A DNA stretch of 21,900 nt from Candidatus Calescibacterium sp. (lineage in GTDB: Bacteria > Calescibacteriota > Calescibacteriia > Calescibacteriales > Calescibacteriaceae), in contig JAVVGL010000031.1 in NCBI GenBank assembly GCA_032249135.1, positions 1 through 21,900 of the forward strand, given 5' to 3'. The notes below the pieces were generated by a model. The model ran no database searches and was not told the DNA's origin. It worked only from the letters and a program-made list of their open reading frames with translations. The position numbers were made by a program, and so were the translations under genes. The stretch's first letter is position 1. Every line of letters starts with the position of its first letter. Shown here in pieces: positions 1 through 8,310 of the stretch.

Positions 1-528
1 TTTTTCTTTGTCTTCCTCTTTTATTTTTGAGAAGAAGTTAGAGATTTCAGCGGCAAATTCATCTGCTGTATCAAGTATGATGATTTTGAAGATAAGATGT
101 AGTAGAGCATCTAACCAAACCCTGCTTTCTGATGTACCATCAGACTTTAAATTTAGATTTGGAGAAAGTTTGAGCTGTTGAACTATTTCAAACATTTTTT
201 GTAAGAGTTCTCCACTTCTTGCAAGGTTATAGAGCATACCAGAGAGAGCATATCCATAAAGGAAATATGGATTATCTGGTTCTTTTTGGAGCAAATCACG
301 GAAAATCATTCTCGCTTTCAGACTTTCACCTTGCTCAATATATTGCTTTGCTTGAACATAATCTGGATATTTTTGTTCTATTTGATATTCTGGGTCAGGA
401 TTTATTATTTCGTTTTTGGTCTGGTTATTTTTTGAGCAATTTATAATCTGAAAAAAGACAAAAGCTGAAATGAATATTGCGGCAATAAAACCCAAACTGA
501 AACTAAAACTAAAATTCACGCTCCTCAT
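1..528 (-). CDS. Putative lipoprotein with a TPR-like helical repeat (partial, runs off the left edge; not in the ORF track)
   Basis: Manual translation from ATG at 528: MRSVNFSFSFSLGFIAAIFISAFVFFQIINCSKNNQ...YVQAKQYIEQGESLKARMIFRDLLQKEPDNPYFLYGYALS..., open to base 1. Hydrophobic signal ends in Cys; TPR-like A-x3-F-x2-LL-x3-PDN pattern. Confidence 0.75.
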   Translation of the reverse strand, partial: MRSVNFSFSFSLGFIAAIFISAFVFFQIINCSKNNQTKNEIINPDPEYQIEQKYPDYVQAKQYIEQGESLKARMIFRDLLQKEPDNPYFLYGYALSGMLYNLARSGELLQKMFEIVQQLKLSPNLNLKSDGTSESRVWLDALLHLIFKIIILDTADEFAAEISNFFSKIKEEDKEK

Positions 529-535
529 ATTTTTT

Positions 536-541
536 AATATA
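536..541 (-). promoter_or_regulatory. Putative -10 element (TATATT) 7 nt upstream of the ATG; candidate leaderless promoter
   Basis: Minus strand reads TATATT-aaaaaat-ATG; no Shine-Dalgarno. Confidence 0.4.
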
Positions 542-648
542 ATCATTTAAAGTTAAGGTGGAAGAAGTAAAAAATTTTTAAGGCTTTGGCGTTTTATCAA
601 CATCAGATTTTATTAGCACAAGATTCATTTTAAAAAACAGAAAATTAT

Positions 649-654
649 TAAATT
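649..654 (+). promoter_or_regulatory. Putative -10 element (TAAATT) 7 nt upstream of the ATG at 662
   Basis: TAAATT-ttatttt-ATG; no Shine-Dalgarno. Confidence 0.4.
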
Positions 655-661
655 TTATTTT

Positions 662-2242
662 ATGTTGAGTGTTAGTATTTTTCTCATATATGTGATTTTG
701 GGTTCTACACCTTATTTTCAGGAGGTCATAACTCAACCTAATTTGTGCAAAAAGCAAGCAAAGAAAATAATGAAGGAGACACCGAAGAACTCTCGTGAAG
801 CAGTGGAAAATTTTTTTATTTTGCTTTGCGCTGGACAAGAGAAAGAAGCTGAGAAAGTCTTGAAATTTGCAGATGATAATTTCCCACCAGATTTTAATGT
901 AAAGTTCAATTTGGGAAATCTATATTTGCAAAGAGGAAGGATTGACCTTGCTGTTTTCTTTCTTAATCAAGCAAAGTCAATAAAAAATGTGCCGGCGGTC
1001 TATGATGTGCTCGCAACAGCATATGTCAAATATGGCGATATAAACTCCGCAGAAAAAACATTAGATGAGGGAATTTCTATCTTTTCAAAAGATAAGGAAA
1101 AAGATAGCCAAATTATTTTCTCACTGTTTTTGAAAAGAGGCATAATAAGGTTAATCAAAGGTGATATAAAGCGTGCAGAGGATGATATAAAACAAGCCCT
1201 TTCAATTTATGAATCACCTTATGCGCTCGTTATTTTGGCAGAGATAAAAGGAAAAAAGAACGAGTTAAATTCAGCAAAAGAACTCGTATATAAAGCAAGT
1301 TCTCTTTCTGACTCAATAGATATTCAGATATACTCAGCCGCTTTTTTACATTCTTACGGATACTTTGAAGAAGCAACTCAATACTACATAAATGTGGCAG
1401 AAAAATCTGCAGGTATTGAAAAGTATATTTCGTTTTTTATGCTCGGAACGATATACAGAGACATCGGAATGTATATGGATTCTCGTGATTTTTTCAAAAT
1501 GGCTTATGAATACCAGCAGCTCGCAACGGTTCCTCCTCCATTTTCCGAAGCGAAAAGGATGGAACTTGTAAAAAAATATATTGAATCAGGGAACATAAAA
1601 GGAGCAGAAAGCGAGTTAAGAGAAATAATAAAAATTTTTCCGGGAAACTCAACAGCTTATAGACTACTCGTAGAAATCCTCATAACAAAAGCTCTCCTTT
1701 TTCTCCCGAAAGACGAAAAGATCAAAACATTAGAAGAGGCAAGAGATATAGCGAAAAAGTACCTTGATAAATACCCATCTGACCACCTTATGCTTTACAA
1801 CTTTGCAATTGTGAATCTGTGGCTTGCGGAAATAGGACCAAAATTTGCAAGAAGTGGGAATATTTTTCATGCTATCTCTGCTTTACAATCTGCTTTAAGG
1901 GTGCAGGAAAATCCAGAATACAGAAGGTTGCTTGGCATATCATACTACCTTATCGGGAAATATGATTCAGCGGTGGAGGAACTTGTAAAAGTAGCGCAAG
2001 ACAACCGAACGAAGCTTATTCTTGCATCAGCTTTTCTGAAAGATGGGAGAGCAAAAGATGCTATGAAAATACTTGATTCAATAAAAGATCAAAAAGATAA
2101 GGCTTTCTATCTTTTGCTCTATGAGGTATTGAAAATAACTCAGCAGCAAGACAAAGGAAAAATGTCGGAGGTAGAAAAATATTTATTTGAAGCAGGTCAA
2201 GATAAAAATAGCGACCAGAAAGAACAGAACACGGGAAAATAA
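662..2242 (+). CDS. Tetratricopeptide repeat (TPR) protein with N-terminal hydrophobic anchor/signal
   Basis: 526 aa; repeated TPR-like helices (FNLGNLYLQRGRIDLA, LATAYVKYGDINSAEKTL, LGISYYLIGKYDSAVEEL); hydrophobic N-terminus. Confidence 0.85.
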   Translation: MLSVSIFLIYVILGSTPYFQEVITQPNLCKKQAKKIMKETPKNSREAVENFFILLCAGQEKEAEKVLKFADDNFPPDFNVKFNLGNLYLQRGRIDLAVFFLNQAKSIKNVPAVYDVLATAYVKYGDINSAEKTLDEGISIFSKDKEKDSQIIFSLFLKRGIIRLIKGDIKRAEDDIKQALSIYESPYALVILAEIKGKKNELNSAKELVYKASSLSDSIDIQIYSAAFLHSYGYFEEATQYYINVAEKSAGIEKYISFFMLGTIYRDIGMYMDSRDFFKMAYEYQQLATVPPPFSEAKRMELVKKYIESGNIKGAESELREIIKIFPGNSTAYRLLVEILITKALLFLPKDEKIKTLEEARDIAKKYLDKYPSDHLMLYNFAIVNLWLAEIGPKFARSGNIFHAISALQSALRVQENPEYRRLLGISYYLIGKYDSAVEELVKVAQDNRTKLILASAFLKDGRAKDAMKILDSIKDQKDKAFYLLLYEVLKITQQQDKGKMSEVEKYLFEAGQDKNSDQKEQNTGK

Positions 2243-2269
2243 TTTCTTTTTTCCGAAAAATAAATATCT

Positions 2270-2548
2270 GTGATGAAGATTGAAGTTTTGAAAGGGTCAA
2301 AATACATAGTTATACTTGAAAAAGACGAAAACGAAAAAGTAAAGAGGGTCCTGCCAATAAAAGTTGTAGATTTTTTCAAAAAAGAAAAGAAGGAAGAGAT
2401 AAAAAGAGAAATAAAAAATTTTCTGAAATGGGAGACTTACAAAACAATTTCGTTTTTCATACACAACCCTGAAATAATTAAAATTTTCAACGAATGCCTA
2501 AGCGAACTTAACGAAGAATTCATTTCTGGTCTGGCATTAAAGCAATAA
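2270..2548 (+). CDS. Small hypothetical protein (92 aa, Lys/Glu-rich)
   Basis: Fills the gap between the TPR gene and rpsB on the same strand with host-like composition; GTG at 2270 or ATG at 2273; no family recognised. Confidence 0.6.
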   Translation: MMKIEVLKGSKYIVILEKDENEKVKRVLPIKVVDFFKKEKKEEIKREIKNFLKWETYKTISFFIHNPEIIKIFNECLSELNEEFISGLALKQ

Positions 2549-2580
2549 TTTTCCAACCCAAAAACCCTAATTTCCTGATT

Positions 2581-2609
2581 TTGACGAAATAAGATTTCAA
2601 AATTATTAT
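2581..2609 (+). promoter_or_regulatory. Sigma70-type promoter for rpsB
   Basis: TTGACG (2581-2586), 17-nt spacer, TATTAT (2604-2609); ATG only 10 nt downstream of the -10. Confidence 0.65.
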
Positions 2610-2619
2610 CAACAAAAAT

Positions 2620-3411
2620 ATGATACAGGTCAGATTCCAAGATGATTATTATAAGTTTCTTGATGATATAAAGTATGACCCTCAAATATCTATAAGGGAG
2701 CTCCTTGAAGCGGGGGTTCATTTTGGGCACAATACATCAAAGTGGAATCCAAAAATGGCACCATACATATTTGGGGAAAGAAATGGAATACACATTATAA
2801 ACATACAGAAAACGCAGGAGCTTATGACCCGAGCTTGCAAATTTGCTTATTATATAGCATCACAAGGGGGAATAATTCTTTTTGTAGGAACAAAAAATAT
2901 AGGTAGGGAGATTGTGAAGACAGGGGCTATAAGCTGTGGTATGCCATATGTTGTTTCAAGATGGCTTGGCGGAACTTTAACAAACTTTTACGCAATTTTA
3001 AACGGAATTGAAAGATACAACAGATTAAGAGAGTTGGTTGAAACAGGAGAGGTTTTCAAACTTTACACAAAAAAAGAAGCGAACAGAATAAAAAGAGTTA
3101 CAGAAAAGTTAGGGAAGTACTATGAAGGACTAAAAGATTTAAAGCGATTGCCAGATGCTCTATTTATTATAGGTGTAAAAGAAGAAAAATCGTGTGTGGC
3201 AGAAGCTATAAAAATGAAAATACCAATAATAGCTCCCGTTGATACAAACTGCGATCCAGATCCTATTCTCTTCCACTTCCCCGGAAACGATGATGCAATA
3301 CGAGCAATAAAATACTACTGCACGAAAATATCAGAAGCAATAAAAGCAGGAAGAGCAAAATATGAAGAAGAAAAAAGGTTGAAAGAAGAGGTAGAACAGA
3401 AGGTAAGTTAA
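2620..3411 (+). CDS. rpsB: 30S ribosomal protein S2
   Basis: LLEAGVHFGH, WNPKMAPYIFGERNGIHII, ILFVGTK, RWLGGTLTNF, DTNCDPD and PGNDDAIRAI motifs. Confidence 0.98.
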   Translation: MIQVRFQDDYYKFLDDIKYDPQISIRELLEAGVHFGHNTSKWNPKMAPYIFGERNGIHIINIQKTQELMTRACKFAYYIASQGGIILFVGTKNIGREIVKTGAISCGMPYVVSRWLGGTLTNFYAILNGIERYNRLRELVETGEVFKLYTKKEANRIKRVTEKLGKYYEGLKDLKRLPDALFIIGVKEEKSCVAEAIKMKIPIIAPVDTNCDPDPILFHFPGNDDAIRAIKYYCTKISEAIKAGRAKYEEEKRLKEEVEQKVS

Positions 3412-3438
3412 ATAAACTATTAAAAATAAATAAACTAT
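3410..3438 (+). repeat. Short direct repeat AAATAAACTAT x2 between rpsB and cobS
   Basis: Copies at 3410-3420 and 3428-3438. Confidence 0.5.
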
Positions 3439-3457
3439 CAGAAAAAAGTAAAATAAT

Positions 3458-4219
3458 CTGATCAGGAAAGCAATCAACAGAGTAAAAGAGGAGATTTCAG
3501 CAGTTGCTTTCACATTCTCTTTTCTTTCACGCATAAATTTTGGATTTTATTACAAACCAGAACTCTTCTGGAGGTCTATAAAGTACATACCAATATTTTC
3601 TTTTGTATCAGGAGGAATAGTTTTTCTTTTATACTACGCATCGGGAAAATTTTTACCTCATCCCATGCCAGAATTTTTTACAATTTTTGCTCAATACATT
3701 CTGTTCAACTATTTTCATTTTGATGGACTTTTGGATTTCTCGGACGCTTTCTTATCTCACAAAAAAAGTAGAGAAGATATACTGAAAATAATGGATGATA
3801 CAAAAATAGGAACTTTTGCTGTTTTAGTTGGTGTTATTTACCTTTTGGCGAAAATAGAACTATACAAATCTATTCTTCCTCAAAATCCACAAATTATAAT
3901 ATTTTCTTTTTCATCGGGAAGACTTGGGATACTTGTAAGTTCTTTCCTTTTTCCAAAACCTGCAAAATCAGAGGGTCTTGGTTACTTCTTTCTTTCAGCA
4001 GGAAGGAAAAGTTTTATAATACCATCTCTGATTCTTTTTGTAGCTAATACATATTTTTCCACATATGAGACAATTTTTTCTGTATTTTCAGCAGTTGTAA
4101 TTGGATTTTTTTCTTTGAAGAGAATAAATGGGCTCACGGGTGATGTTCTTGGAGCAATTTGCGAGATATCTGAAATAGTTTTCCTCGCAACAAATTTTGC
4201 GATCAGTTTTTCTAAATAA
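3458..4219 (+). CDS. cobS: Adenosylcobinamide-GDP ribazoletransferase (cobalamin synthase); start probably non-canonical, upstream of the track's 3665 call
   Basis: HFDGLLDFSDA, IMDDTKIGTFAV and GLTGDVLGAICEISE motifs. The frame is open upstream to a TAA at 3449 and encodes the CobS-like N-terminal FSFLSRI; CTG at 3458 gives 253 aa. Confidence 0.9.
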   Translation: MIRKAINRVKEEISAVAFTFSFLSRINFGFYYKPELFWRSIKYIPIFSFVSGGIVFLLYYASGKFLPHPMPEFFTIFAQYILFNYFHFDGLLDFSDAFLSHKKSREDILKIMDDTKIGTFAVLVGVIYLLAKIELYKSILPQNPQIIIFSFSSGRLGILVSSFLFPKPAKSEGLGYFFLSAGRKSFIIPSLILFVANTYFSTYETIFSVFSAVVIGFFSLKRINGLTGDVLGAICEISEIVFLATNFAISFSK

Positions 4220-4359
4220 ATTTGCAAAAGAGGAAAACTCAAAAGAGAATGAATAAACATAAGAATAAAAAAATAAAAATAATAAAAAAAGAGAAACAAA
4301 TAATATAATAAATAAAAAAGAAACATAAGATAAAGATATGGCAAGATAAGGAAAGATTT

Positions 4360-4434
4360 GCCCCCATCGTCTAGCCAGGTCTAGGACACCGGTCTTTCAA
4401 GCCGGGAACGGGGGTTCAAATCCCCCTGGGGGCG
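4360..4434 (+). tRNA. tRNA-Glu (anticodon TTC); CCA not encoded
   Basis: Acceptor GCCCCCA/TGGGGGC, anticodon arm CCGGT-CTTTCAA-GCCGG, T arm GGGGG-TTCAAAT-CCCCC, discriminator G, followed by CCCTCA. Confidence 0.97.
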
Positions 4435-4447
4435 CCCTCATTTTCAG

Positions 4448-5572
4448 GTGAAAAAAAATAAAAAAAAGGGAAGAAGTGGTAAAAGCAGTGGAAGGAATAA
4501 AAACAGTGGTGAAATTAGTAGTGAAGATATTCTTCAAAAAATAGCAAATTATATAACAAAAAAGCTGAACATCCAGACATCACCAAAGCACATAGAAGAA
4601 ATAATCTCAGCAATAAAAACTACCAACAATTTTTGGCAAATTGTAGGAATATCTCAAAAACCAATACCTGTTGTTGCAGAAGCAGTAAATATTCTCAAAG
4701 ATGAAGGGTATGTAAATTTTGAAGATGGGAAAATTATAGAAACAGAAAAAATAGGGGAGAAATTCAAATATATACTTCCTTTCCAAAGTCATCTTGTGTG
4801 CCAGACTTGTGATGGACGGGGGCTAAATTTCAAGAATACAGGAATATATGATAAGTTCTTTGAAATTCAGAAAAACAGACCAAAACCAATTCAAAAGTAT
4901 GACCAAGGCAACATAACTCCTGAGAGCACAGTGGCAAGAATTGCTCTCATGCTCGTAAGAGGAGATGTATCAAATAAAAAAATAATAGTTCTTGGAGATG
5001 ATGACCTTGTGGGAATAGCCCTTGGACTTACAGGACTTCCATCTGAGGTTTTAGTTCTTGATATAGACGAAAGATTAATTGAATTTACAAACAAGGTAGC
5101 AAAAGAGCACAATCTGAATGTAAGAGCAGAAGTTTTTGACTTGCGAAAACCTTTACCGAAAGATTTTAAAGCAAAATTTGATGTTTTTGTCACAGACCCC
5201 CCAGAAGCTAAAAAAGCATTTAAGATATTCTTGCAAAAAGGAATCTGGACACTCAAAGACAAAGGTTCGGTAGGATACATAGGAATGACTTTGATTGATT
5301 CATCTTTGGCAAAATGGAGAGAGCTCCAAAAGATAATAATTGATTCGGGAGCAGTAATAACAGATATAATAAGAGATTTCAACAAATACGAAATATGGGA
5401 CTATCATCAGAACACAGTGGCATGGAAGATAGCTCCTGTGAAAAGTCCTCCAGATAATATATGGTATTCATCTTGTATGGTGAGAATTGAGATGATCGGA
5501 AAACCAAAAGCTCAAAACCTCACGCTAAAAGACAAAGATATTTATATAGATACAGAAAGTACAACAACCTGA
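4448..5572 (+). CDS. bpsA: Branched-chain polyamine synthase (N4-bis(aminopropyl)spermidine synthase, former DUF43 family)
   Basis: CQTCDGRG, RPKPIQKYDQG, signature GDDDL, VLVLDIDERL and FDVFVTDPPE motifs. Confidence 0.9.
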   Translation: MKKNKKKGRSGKSSGRNKNSGEISSEDILQKIANYITKKLNIQTSPKHIEEIISAIKTTNNFWQIVGISQKPIPVVAEAVNILKDEGYVNFEDGKIIETEKIGEKFKYILPFQSHLVCQTCDGRGLNFKNTGIYDKFFEIQKNRPKPIQKYDQGNITPESTVARIALMLVRGDVSNKKIIVLGDDDLVGIALGLTGLPSEVLVLDIDERLIEFTNKVAKEHNLNVRAEVFDLRKPLPKDFKAKFDVFVTDPPEAKKAFKIFLQKGIWTLKDKGSVGYIGMTLIDSSLAKWRELQKIIIDSGAVITDIIRDFNKYEIWDYHQNTVAWKIAPVKSPPDNIWYSSCMVRIEMIGKPKAQNLTLKDKDIYIDTESTTT

Positions 5573-5583
5573 TTAATTAATTA

Positions 5584-7290
5584 TCACATTCTTTGAGCCG
5601 TCTCATCTGCTATCTCTCTTGAAAGTTTGACTAAATCAACTCGTGGCAAAATTTTGTAAAGTTTTTCCGGTATTTCCAACCCCTTTCCTAATCTCATATA
5701 CATTATCTCAAACGATTGAACTATTTTGTTCCAGTATAGTTGCACAAAAAATTGAGCCATTTTCTTGTAGTAATCCCCAAAAGGTTTATCTTTGTGTTTT
5801 TCTGCTCTTGCTATTGCAGACTCTGAAAAGTATATTCCTATTGCTATATCAGAAAATGCAGCGAGCAATTCTTGTTCATTTTGAATTTCTTCTCCGAATT
5901 TTGCAAAAGCTTCCTGTGCAGATATAATAAGAAGTCTTTTTGCGCATTCCAAAGCAAATAGTTCTTCCTTCAAAGAAAAATCTTGAACGAGTTTTTTGAT
6001 TTCATTTACATCATCTATTTCTTTCCTTGCTTTTTCTACCCACTCAAAGAAGTTTATTTTACCTCTCATTGCTCTTCTTATTATCATTTCTGGGATATTG
6101 AGTCTATTTATCTCGTTTGTCCCCTCATATATTCTGTTTACTCTTTCGTCTCTGTAATGTCTTTCAACTTCGTATTCTTTTATGTAGCCGTATCCACCGT
6201 GAATTTGAACAGCATCATCTACTATGTGCCAAAGGAGTTCGCTACCTCCGACTTTGAGTATTGTTGCCTCTACTGCAAGTTCTTCAAATGCTTGCCACTC
6301 TTGCATCCCATCGCCGAGCCATAATCTATCTATGTTGTGGGTAAGTCTATACGCTGCGCTTTGAGCTGCAAAAGATTTTGTTGCCATGTTTGCTATTTTC
6401 CATTTCATAAGAGGGAAATCAAAAATAGCTTTACCAAATTGCTTTCTTTCTCTTGCATAATCTAATGCTTTCTTTGTAAGGTAAAGACCTGCTCCACCGC
6501 TTACTCCTCCAAGTCTCATTCTTCCCAAGTTAAGAGCATTTAGGGCGACTTTGTATCCTTTTCCTATTTCCCCGAGCACATTTTCCTTTGGAACTTTTAC
6601 ATCTTCAAGAATAACTTGACGAGTGGAGGAACCTTTTTGTCCCATTTTCTCTTCTTCTTTTCCTGTTTTTACTCCCCACTGTCTTTCTACTATGAAAGCT
6701 GTGAAATCTTTTCCGTTGACTTTCGCGAAAACTATGAATATATCTGCAAATCCAGCATTTGTTATGAATTGTTTTGTTCCGTTCAAGATAAAATATTTTC
6801 CATCATCTACTGGTGTGGCGGTGGTTTTAGCGTTGAGAGCATCTGAGCCAGCTCCCGGTTCGGTTAGAGCATAGGCTGCTATTTTTTTTGCATAAGCCAA
6901 ATCTGGTAAGTATTTTTTCTTTTGCTCATCTGTTCCGAAAAATATTATCGGATGCGATCCAATTGTCACATGCGCTTCTGATGAAACTGCAAAAGATGTA
7001 TATAGCATCATAGCTTCACTAACGCACAGAGCAGATACTTTGTCTAACTCTAATCCTCCGTATTCTTTTGGGTATTCAATTGCAAAAAATCCAAGTTCTC
7101 CTGCTTTCTTCAAAAGTTCAACCATCAAATCATGTTTTCCTTTTTCAAGTTCGTCTACTTTCGGTAAAACTTCTTCTTTCATGAACTTCTCAACTGTGTC
7201 TTTTAACATCTTTTGTTCTTCGTTCAGGTCCTCCGGTGTAAAAATATCTTTGCTGACAACTTTTGAAAGGAACTCGCACCCCTTTTCCAT
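5584..7290 (-). CDS. Acyl-CoA dehydrogenase (long FadE/VLCAD-like form with C-terminal extension)
   Basis: AYALTEPGAGSDA, LNGTKQFITN, KMGQKGSST, QIHGGYGYIKEY, RIYEGTNEINR; 568 aa. Confidence 0.95.
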   Translation of the reverse strand: MEKGCEFLSKVVSKDIFTPEDLNEEQKMLKDTVEKFMKEEVLPKVDELEKGKHDLMVELLKKAGELGFFAIEYPKEYGGLELDKVSALCVSEAMMLYTSFAVSSEAHVTIGSHPIIFFGTDEQKKKYLPDLAYAKKIAAYALTEPGAGSDALNAKTTATPVDDGKYFILNGTKQFITNAGFADIFIVFAKVNGKDFTAFIVERQWGVKTGKEEEKMGQKGSSTRQVILEDVKVPKENVLGEIGKGYKVALNALNLGRMRLGGVSGGAGLYLTKKALDYARERKQFGKAIFDFPLMKWKIANMATKSFAAQSAAYRLTHNIDRLWLGDGMQEWQAFEELAVEATILKVGGSELLWHIVDDAVQIHGGYGYIKEYEVERHYRDERVNRIYEGTNEINRLNIPEMIIRRAMRGKINFFEWVEKARKEIDDVNEIKKLVQDFSLKEELFALECAKRLLIISAQEAFAKFGEEIQNEQELLAAFSDIAIGIYFSESAIARAEKHKDKPFGDYYKKMAQFFVQLYWNKIVQSFEIMYMRLGKGLEIPEKLYKILPRVDLVKLSREIADETAQRM

Positions 7291-7299
7291 TTCTTTATT

Positions 7300-7307
7300 T
7301 ACCTCCT
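7300..7307 (-). promoter_or_regulatory. Shine-Dalgarno sequence of the acyl-CoA dehydrogenase gene
   Basis: Minus strand reads AGGAGGTA about 9 nt before the ATG. Confidence 0.8.
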
Positions 7308-7419
7308 TCTTAATCTTTTATTTAGATTTCAAATTTAATTTTCTAATTTTTTATGAAAAAATTCAATTTTTCGGGAAGAATTTGGGACTGATAAAAAAAA
7401 TTCAAGGTTTGATTGAGAT

Positions 7420-8199
7420 TCAAGGGAATATTCTAAAACCTCCTTTTTTGATTTGAATTGATTTTTCAATTGCTTTTTGTGTCCACTGTGAAGCTTTTGT
7501 GAAAGCGATTTTCGGGTCAAATCCCTTTGCTAAAAATGCTGTAAGTGCTGCTGAAAAAATACAACCTGTTCCGTGAACATGGAACCTTAACTTTTTTTTC
7601 TTCAAAGACATTACAAATTCTCCATTGAAAAAAAGGAAATCTTCTACCATTTTTATTTTTTTAATTTCGTGAAGATGTCCGCCTTTTATTACGACAAATG
7701 ATTTTGAAATTTTTGATATTTTTTTTCCTGCTCTGAGTATATCATCTTTTTTTTCAATCTTTATATCAGAAATTTTTTCAGCCTCTTTTAGATTTGGAGT
7801 GAGAAAAAAAGAAATAGGAATTAATTTTTTCTTCATCAGTTCAAATCCGCTTTTTGATATGAGAGGAAAACCATTTTTTGATTGTAGAACTGGATCAACT
7901 ACAAGTTTTATTCCATATTTTTCTGCTGCTTTTATAGCTGCGCGAACACCATCCTCACTCCCCAGTGCTCCTGTCTTTCCAAATTTTACCTTTATGTTTT
8001 CAAGAGCAGTTTGTATTTGTTTTGATATTACTTCAAAAGGAACTTGATATACTCCAAAAACTCCTTTTTCGTTCTGGTATGTTATGCAAGATACTACCGA
8101 TATGCAAATGACTCCAAGTTTTGACATTGTTTTTACATCTTGTTGTATACCGGCACCAGATGTCGGATCGGATCCCGCAATTGAAAGACATATTGTCAT
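7420..8199 (-). CDS. thiD: Hydroxymethylpyrimidine/phosphomethylpyrimidine kinase
   Basis: IAGSDPTSGAGIQQD, VVDPV, LTPN, IKGGH and HGTGC motifs. Confidence 0.93.
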   Translation of the reverse strand: MTICLSIAGSDPTSGAGIQQDVKTMSKLGVICISVVSCITYQNEKGVFGVYQVPFEVISKQIQTALENIKVKFGKTGALGSEDGVRAAIKAAEKYGIKLVVDPVLQSKNGFPLISKSGFELMKKKLIPISFFLTPNLKEAEKISDIKIEKKDDILRAGKKISKISKSFVVIKGGHLHEIKKIKMVEDFLFFNGEFVMSLKKKKLRFHVHGTGCIFSAALTAFLAKGFDPKIAFTKASQWTQKAIEKSIQIKKGGFRIFP

Positions 8200-8310
8200 T
8201 TTATTTTTTATTTTCTTTCCTTCCTTCCTTTCTTATACATATAACTTATGTTTGAAGAAATGTATTTGACCTTTAACGAAAGATTTTCTTGATTTTGCTA
8301 ATTTCCAAAT

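Noticed and set aside
3982-4344. 120-aa minus-strand ORF rich in Phe/Tyr/Leu
   Set aside because: Artefact of the A-rich spacer plus the antisense of cobS
8200-8310. Riboswitch or attenuator upstream of thiD; (GGAA)3 run
   Set aside because: No TPP aptamer motifs or stable hairpins; the purine run is low-complexity and too far from the ATG to be a clear SD
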